A stretch of DNA of 32,000 nucleotides. Source: Erysipelotrichaceae bacterium MTC7 (GTDB lineage Bacteria; Bacillota_I; Bacilli_A; Erysipelotrichales; Erysipelotrichaceae). Below are positions 28,284 to 32,000 of this stretch, piece by piece. The position numbers and the translations under genes are program-made. The stretch lies in contig LVZN01000018.1 of the NCBI GenBank assembly GCA_001695645.1, positions 1 through 32,000 of the forward strand, written 5' to 3'. Every line of letters begins with the position of its first letter. Position 1 is the stretch's first letter. Below the pieces are notes generated by a model. That model did no database searches and was not told the origin of the DNA. It was given only the letters and a program-made list of their open reading frames with translations.

Positions 28284-29199
28284 TATGGTGGAAATTGCTA
28301 CAGAGAAAGAACGGGAAGAACTATTGTTGCTGAATGTGCAAAACCATCCTGCTAAAGATCAAGTGTTCTTTGAACAATATTTTCAAGATGCGTTTAGTCG
28401 CAATAAAACCTATTATTTAGAAAATGATACGCGAATTTATGCAACGATGTCGATGCAAGAACACCCGTTGCGGTTTCAAGATAAAGTGCTTTTATGTAGT
28501 TACATCTTTGGTGTCGCAACCCATGTTGATTATCGTGGGCAAGGAGCCATGAGCGAATTGATGCACTATGTTCTAGATGAATGTGCACAAAACTATTTAT
28601 TAACCTTTATTGAAGCTTACAATCCAAAGATTTATGAGAAGTATGGATTTCGCACGGTTTCTTATCGCAAAAAACTACATTTAAGCAAACGTGACATTCG
28701 AATCAAAGATATGCAAGGGATTTCCAATCACGTGGATGTGGATGTTATGGTGCAGTTGTATCAAGAGTTTGCCAAACGCTTTGATTGTTATTACTTACGT
28801 GATCGTGAATATTATCTACGCTATGTGGAAGCCATTGAACGCAATGGAGGATCAATTCACTTCTGCTATGATGAAGACAATCAACCACTCGGCTATGCCA
28901 TTTCCTACCAAAAAAATGAGGTGGTGGAAGTTGATGAAATCATCTATTTAGACTCTCATACCTTATGTAAATTGTTGCGACAAGCATTACAAGATAAAGA
29001 AAATATTATTGTTGAGGTTTCAAGCAATGAACGAATTGAGAAAATCTTTAAAAACATTGTGCCACGTACAACCTCATGTGTTATGGCACGCATCAACAAT
29101 GTACCGTTGTATGAAAAATTGTACGATGTAAAAATTCGCAGTGTTGATGAAGCATTTTATAAATTAAAAAAACCTGTGTTATTAGATGAGAAATGTTAA
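28276..29199 (+). CDS. GNAT-family N-acetyltransferase with extra C-terminal domain (Eis-like architecture possible)
   Basis: Motif A is VATHVDYRGQGAMSELM and motif B is IYEKYGFRTV. About 150 further residues belong to no family I can name. Confidence 0.75.
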   Translation: MNNMVEIATEKEREELLLLNVQNHPAKDQVFFEQYFQDAFSRNKTYYLENDTRIYATMSMQEHPLRFQDKVLLCSYIFGVATHVDYRGQGAMSELMHYVLDECAQNYLLTFIEAYNPKIYEKYGFRTVSYRKKLHLSKRDIRIKDMQGISNHVDVDVMVQLYQEFAKRFDCYYLRDREYYLRYVEAIERNGGSIHFCYDEDNQPLGYAISYQKNEVVEVDEIIYLDSHTLCKLLRQALQDKENIIVEVSSNERIEKIFKNIVPRTTSCVMARINNVPLYEKLYDVKIRSVDEAFYKLKKPVLLDEKC

Positions 29200-29245
29200 A
29201 ATAATGCATATACAAATAAAATATAGTTGATAGGATAACTAGCGA

Positions 29246-29280
29246 AAGCGTAAGTTCAGATATGGATTTACGCTTTTTTG
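29246..29280 (+). terminator. Terminator of the rapZ-whiA operon
   Basis: AAGCGTAA (29246-29253) pairs with TTACGCTT (29268-29275), with additional inner pairs, followed by a T-run to 29279. Confidence 0.7.
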
Positions 29281-29485
29281 CGGATAACGGCAGTTATGAA
29301 TATGAATACAAATGATGTAATGCCCAAAATGAAGATGAGCACCAAACAAGTAACGGCTTAATTTGCCTAAAATGGTTAGGTCCTTTGTCTTTTTTAGTAC
29401 ATTTTTTATGCTAACTAACAAACCTTGTGTACAAAGGATGCATAATATTGCAACAGTGATATAATGCAGTTATGGAGGAATTGTT

Positions 29486-30802
29486 ATGAATCAAAACCCT
29501 TTAAAACAAATTGTTAAACTACAGAAAGAAGGAAAAGCTGTAGGAATTTATTCATGTTGTAGTGCAAATAAATATGTCATTGAAGCTGCTTTAAAACGCG
29601 GAAAAGAAGATGACTCTTGTGTCTTAATTGAAAGTACAGCAAACCAAGTGGATCAAAATGGTGGATACACGGGAATGACACCACAAGGTTTTATGGATTA
29701 TGTATGTGAAATTGCCAAACAATACGATTTCGATATGAAAAAACTATTCATGGGTGGGGACCACTTAGGACCGCTAACATGGACACATTTACCAGAAAAA
29801 GAAGCGATGGAAAATGCAGAAACACTGATTCGTGCATATGTATCAGCAGGATTTACAAAAATCCATATCGATACATCGATGAAAGTTGCCGATGATGATC
29901 CAAACACGCGTTTAAGTGATGAAAAAATTGCAGCTCGTGGTGTTCGCTTGGCAAAAGTTGCAGAAGCAGCATATGCAGAATATGTAGAGAAACACCCAGA
30001 TGCTTTCCAACCCGTGTATATTGTAGGTAGTGAAGTGCCTATTCCTGGTGGTGTGCAAGGTGATGGTGAAGGTATGCAAGTAACAAGTGTTGCGGATTTT
30101 AAAGCTACTGAATCACTATTTGAAAATGCATTTAAAGAAGCAGGTCTAGATAAGGCGTGGGATAATGTAATCGGTTTTGTGGTACAACCTGGAATTGAAG
30201 AAAAAGATGCTGGATGTACGGAATATGACCGTGCCAAAGCAGCAGACTTAATGGCTTCGATTAAGGAATACCCAACCCTTGTATTTGAAGGGCACTCTAG
30301 TGACTACCAAACCAAATACAAACTTCGTGAGCTAATTGAAGATGGCGTTGGTATTTTGAAAGTAGGACCTGGTTTAACCTTTATGGCTAGAGAAGCTTTG
30401 TTTGCTTTAGCTTATGCTGAAAAAGAACTTTACGCTGATCGTCCAGAGTTGCAAAGTCACTTGATTGAAGTATTAGATAAAGTTATGTTGGATGATCCAA
30501 GTCGTTGGCAAAAATACTATACAGGAACAGAAAATGAAATTCGTATCAAACGTAAATTCTCATTCTCTGACCGTTCTCGTTACTATATGCAAAACCCAGA
30601 AGTTGAAGGTGCCATTGATTTATTGATGCGTAATCTTAAAGATGGAGTTCCTTTAAACTTATTAAGTCAATTTATGCCAATTCAATATACGAAAGTACGT
30701 GAAGGTCGATTGGCAAACGATCCAGAAGAACTCGTTAGAGATCGTGTCATTAACTGTATTGATGAATACTTGTTTGCAACACACCAAAAAGAAATCTTTT
30801 AA
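29486..30802 (+). CDS. GatZ/KbaZ/AgaZ-family protein (tagatose-bisphosphate aldolase non-catalytic subunit / tagatose-6-phosphate family)
   Basis: The N-terminus GIYSCCSANKYVIEAAL...LIESTANQVDQNGGYTGMTP closely parallels E. coli GatZ. A TGaTATAAT extended -10 lies upstream. Confidence 0.85.
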   Translation: MNQNPLKQIVKLQKEGKAVGIYSCCSANKYVIEAALKRGKEDDSCVLIESTANQVDQNGGYTGMTPQGFMDYVCEIAKQYDFDMKKLFMGGDHLGPLTWTHLPEKEAMENAETLIRAYVSAGFTKIHIDTSMKVADDDPNTRLSDEKIAARGVRLAKVAEAAYAEYVEKHPDAFQPVYIVGSEVPIPGGVQGDGEGMQVTSVADFKATESLFENAFKEAGLDKAWDNVIGFVVQPGIEEKDAGCTEYDRAKAADLMASIKEYPTLVFEGHSSDYQTKYKLRELIEDGVGILKVGPGLTFMAREALFALAYAEKELYADRPELQSHLIEVLDKVMLDDPSRWQKYYTGTENEIRIKRKFSFSDRSRYYMQNPEVEGAIDLLMRNLKDGVPLNLLSQFMPIQYTKVREGRLANDPEELVRDRVINCIDEYLFATHQKEIF

Positions 30803-30807
30803 ATGAT

Positions 30808-30834
30808 GAGTCCCATTAGGGGCTCTATTTTTTT
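30808..30834 (+). terminator. Terminator after the gatZ-like gene
   Basis: GAGTCCC (30808-30814) pairs with GGGGCTC (30819-30825) around an ATTA loop, followed by a T-run (30827-30834). Confidence 0.75.
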
Positions 30835-31028
30835 AGCATGTTGTACATTGTGCAACAAGTGTGTCAAGCTTACAAACGATAAGATGTGGTAGACATGAAA
30901 GTGAAGAAACTTTGATTTGCACACAAGAAAACAAAAAAGACAAACATCTTGTCAAAAAAGATAAGCATTTATCGTTCGTTTTCGGCGTTTACGATGTATA
31001 ATGCAAGTAAAGATGGAGGATGCCAAAT

Positions 31029-32000
31029 ATGATTATTCAAAGTAAAAAGGTTTGGATTGCAGGGCAATTCGTACCTGCTCAAGTAGAAATGAAAGATGAT
31101 AAAATTGTCGGAATCTACGATTATGGGCAAAAAACAGTAGACAAGGATTATGGAGAAAATCGCGTTGTCCCTGGATTTATTGATATTCACTGTCATGGTG
31201 CTTACACGTTTGATACAAATGATGCGCAACCTGAAGGTTTATTAAACTGGGTAAAACATATCCCAGGAGAAGGAGTTACTGCCCTTTATCCAACAACGAT
31301 TACACAAAGCAAAGAAGTGTTAAGTGAAGCTTGTGAAAATGTTGCTAATGTGATGGAAAAAGGTGATTATGAAGGTGCTGAAATTATGGGGATCCACTTT
31401 GAAGGACCATTCTTAGATATGCAATACAAAGGGGCACAACCACCAGAACACATTCGTAAACCGAATGTTGATGAATTCAAAGAATTCCAAGCTGCTGCAA
31501 AGGGTCATATTAAAATTATGACAATGGCAACAGAACACGATGAAGATTTTAAATTGACGGAATATGCAAGTCAAAATGGTGTTATGGTAAGTATGGGGCA
31601 CTCAGGTGCAACATACGAACAAGCCGTGATGGGTGTTGCCCATGGTGCAATGTCAATGACTCACGTGTTTAACGGAATGTCACCATTCCACCACCGTAAC
31701 CCAGGTATGGTTGGTGCGGCGATGCGGATTCGTGACATTTATGCAGAATGTATCTGTGATGGAAACCACAGTAACTTAAACGCTGTGAATGATTTATTTA
31801 TGGCTAAAGGTCGTGATCACATGATTATGATTACGGATGCCCTTATGGCAAAAGGTTGCCCAGTAGGTTCTCACCACATGTTTGGTGGACATGAAATTGA
31901 AATCTATCCAGATGGAAGTGCCCACTTAATTGAGGGTGTGAAAAGCTTAGCTGGTTCTACATTGCATGTAAACCACGGTTTGAAACTCTTAGTTGAAGAT
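31029..32000 (+). CDS. nagA: N-acetylglucosamine/galactosamine-6-phosphate deacetylase (partial; 3' end outside the window)
   Basis: This is not in the ORF track because no stop is reached; there are 324 open codons from ATG 31029, 8 nt after GGAGGA. PGFIDIHCHG, MGHSGATYEQ and THVFNGMSPFHHRNPG motifs are present. Confidence 0.88.
   Translation, partial: MIIQSKKVWIAGQFVPAQVEMKDDKIVGIYDYGQKTVDKDYGENRVVPGFIDIHCHGAYTFDTNDAQPEGLLNWVKHIPGEGVTALYPTTITQSKEVLSEACENVANVMEKGDYEGAEIMGIHFEGPFLDMQYKGAQPPEHIRKPNVDEFKEFQAAAKGHIKIMTMATEHDEDFKLTEYASQNGVMVSMGHSGATYEQAVMGVAHGAMSMTHVFNGMSPFHHRNPGMVGAAMRIRDIYAECICDGNHSNLNAVNDLFMAKGRDHMIMITDALMAKGCPVGSHHMFGGHEIEIYPDGSAHLIEGVKSLAGSTLHVNHGLKLLVED

Noticed and set aside
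29239-29421. 60-aa minus-strand ORF in the GNAT/gatZ intergenic region
   Set aside because: Its 3' end runs through the 29246-29280 terminator hairpin. It has no Shine-Dalgarno and no recognisable features.
29698-30237. 179-aa ORF antisense to the gatZ-like gene
   Set aside because: Its S/A/P/T-rich composition is typical of the reverse frame of a coding region. The sense frame has clear family motifs.
30969-31229. 86-aa minus-strand ORF
   Set aside because: It overlaps the nagA promoter, RBS and first 67 codons, and the + strand frame carries unmistakable NagA motifs.

Overview
This is a 32-kb chromosomal window from a low-GC Bacillota-type genome; a closer guess (Erysipelotrichia-like) cannot be confirmed from sequence alone. 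Most of it is core housekeeping on the + strand. upp is directly coupled to a complete F1Fo ATP synthase operon (atpZ-atpI-atpBEFHAGDC). A tightly coupled uvrA-hprK-lgt::ppaX-trxB block follows, then an MBL hydrolase and rapZ-yvcK-whiA, mirroring the Bacillus yvo/yvc region. Three parts look accessory. (i) The left end carries a secreted Ig-like + HEXXH (anthrax lethal factor-like / Pro-Pro endopeptidase-like) protein, an orphan AgrA/AgrC-like LytTR two-component system, a ~770-bp stretch with no ORF of 60 aa or more, and a CPA2 cation/proton antiporter. (ii) The middle carries an orphan pstS, a GltD-like Fe-S flavoprotein, an FAH-family hydrolase, and convergent Gfo/Idh/MocA and dps genes. 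(iii) The right end carries a small membrane protein and a GNAT at the tail of the whiA operon, then gatZ/kbaZ-like and nagA (runs off the window). I saw no tRNA, rRNA, CRISPR array, IS element, prophage gene or recognisable defence gene, and I cannot support a novel multi-gene system here. The best leads are: a full Na+-binding signature in the ATP synthase c subunit; an Lgt-PpaX fusion protein; the PPEP/ATLF-like protease next to a peptide-less LytTR system, with a possible small RNA unit downstream; and a perfect Fur-family-style 7-1-7 palindrome inside the dps promoter. All product calls rest on motifs read by eye from the ORF translations. No database search was run.
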